Source: Candidatus Sysuimicrobiota bacterium
GTDB lineage: Bacteria > Sysuimicrobiota > Sysuimicrobiia > Sysuimicrobiales > Sysuimicrobiaceae
Length of the DNA: 64,000 nt
Direction of reading: 5' to 3'
Assembly: GCA_040289515.1 (NCBI GenBank)
Contig: PSLI01000005.1
Coordinates: forward strand, 1 to 64,000
Numbering within the stretch: position 1 is the stretch's first letter; every line of letters starts with the position of its first letter. Shown here in pieces: positions 63,536 through 64,000 of this stretch. The notes under the pieces were generated by a model that saw only the letters and a list, made by a program, of their open reading frames with translations, searched no databases and was not told where the DNA came from. Both the position numbers and the translations under genes were made by a program.

Positions 63536-64000
63536 CTACATAGCAGAAGCCGAGGGGTTTGTCAAGCCTCCGCTTTGACATACATTCGCCGCACAGGAAC
63601 CCCCGTTGCTGCCGCCCGGGGTCACCAGGTCCACCGGTCCTCCCCGGCTGGAGTACCACGCCCCGTTGCCGTCCGGCCCGGTGGTGCCTACTGCCACCAC
63701 CTCGTCCAGGTTCGCAGGGCACGCCACCGTGCAGGTTCCACCCGGGCCCCTGTTGCCCGCGGCGGCCACCGCCAGCACCCCGCGCGCTACCACCTCCTGG
63801 ACCGCCGAGCCCAGGCCATCCGGACGAGGAACGGGATCCTCGGTGCCCAGGCTCAGGTTGACCACCCTTGCCCCGCGCTCTGCGGCCCACCGCAGTGCCT
63901 CCTCCACGTCCAGCAGACTGCCCGTGCCCTGCTCGTCCAGCAGCACCCGCCCCGACCAGTAAGGCCTACCCGCAGAGCCCCACGTCACGCCCGCCATGCC
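63536..64000 (-). pseudogene. S8 (subtilase) peptidase fragment, ends before the catalytic Ser motif
   Basis: VVNLSLG, VAAAGN, PA...VVAVG, YSSRG, DLVTPG present; no GTSMA before the stop; 5' part is outside the window. Confidence 0.6.
63537..63565 (-). promoter_or_regulatory. Promoter for hsp20
   Basis: TTGACA-17 nt-(TG.)TATGTA. Confidence 0.6.

Overview
High-GC bacterial chromosome segment with Firmicutes-like housekeeping synteny (radA-PIN/TRAM-ispD-ispF-cysS-rlmB-sigH; tmk-darA-holB; mfd-prsA-mazG-S4-eno-divIC). A Terrabacteria lineage such as Armatimonadota is an inference only. The first 2.7 kb is the end of an integrative element at tRNA-Thr(UGU): tyrosine integrase, divergent regulator/excisionase and a Toprim primase-like gene running off the window, with two apparent antisense-RNA cassettes. 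The main signal is a nitrogen-assimilation module that appears to be controlled at the RNA level. A ykkC-family (ppGpp/PRPP-type) riboswitch with an overlapping terminator precedes gltB. Five copies of a GC-CNNGAC-GC hexaloop hairpin, each overlapping a terminator, sit in the leaders of an ANTAR response regulator, amtB and glnA. A GAF-GAF histidine kinase/ANTAR regulator pair lies nearby, and an unannotated 35-aa membrane peptide follows amtB. Also present: a RAYT-like HUH transposase flanked by tandem GGCYCTGTCCCC repeats, an FMN riboswitch with extra hairpins, a candidate kissing-loop attenuator ahead of an AAA-R3H gene, a Zur-type operon containing a DsrE-like gene, a LysW-like micro zinc finger, several gene remnants and three homopolymer frameshifts that may be sequencing errors. 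All calls are by eye; no searches were run.
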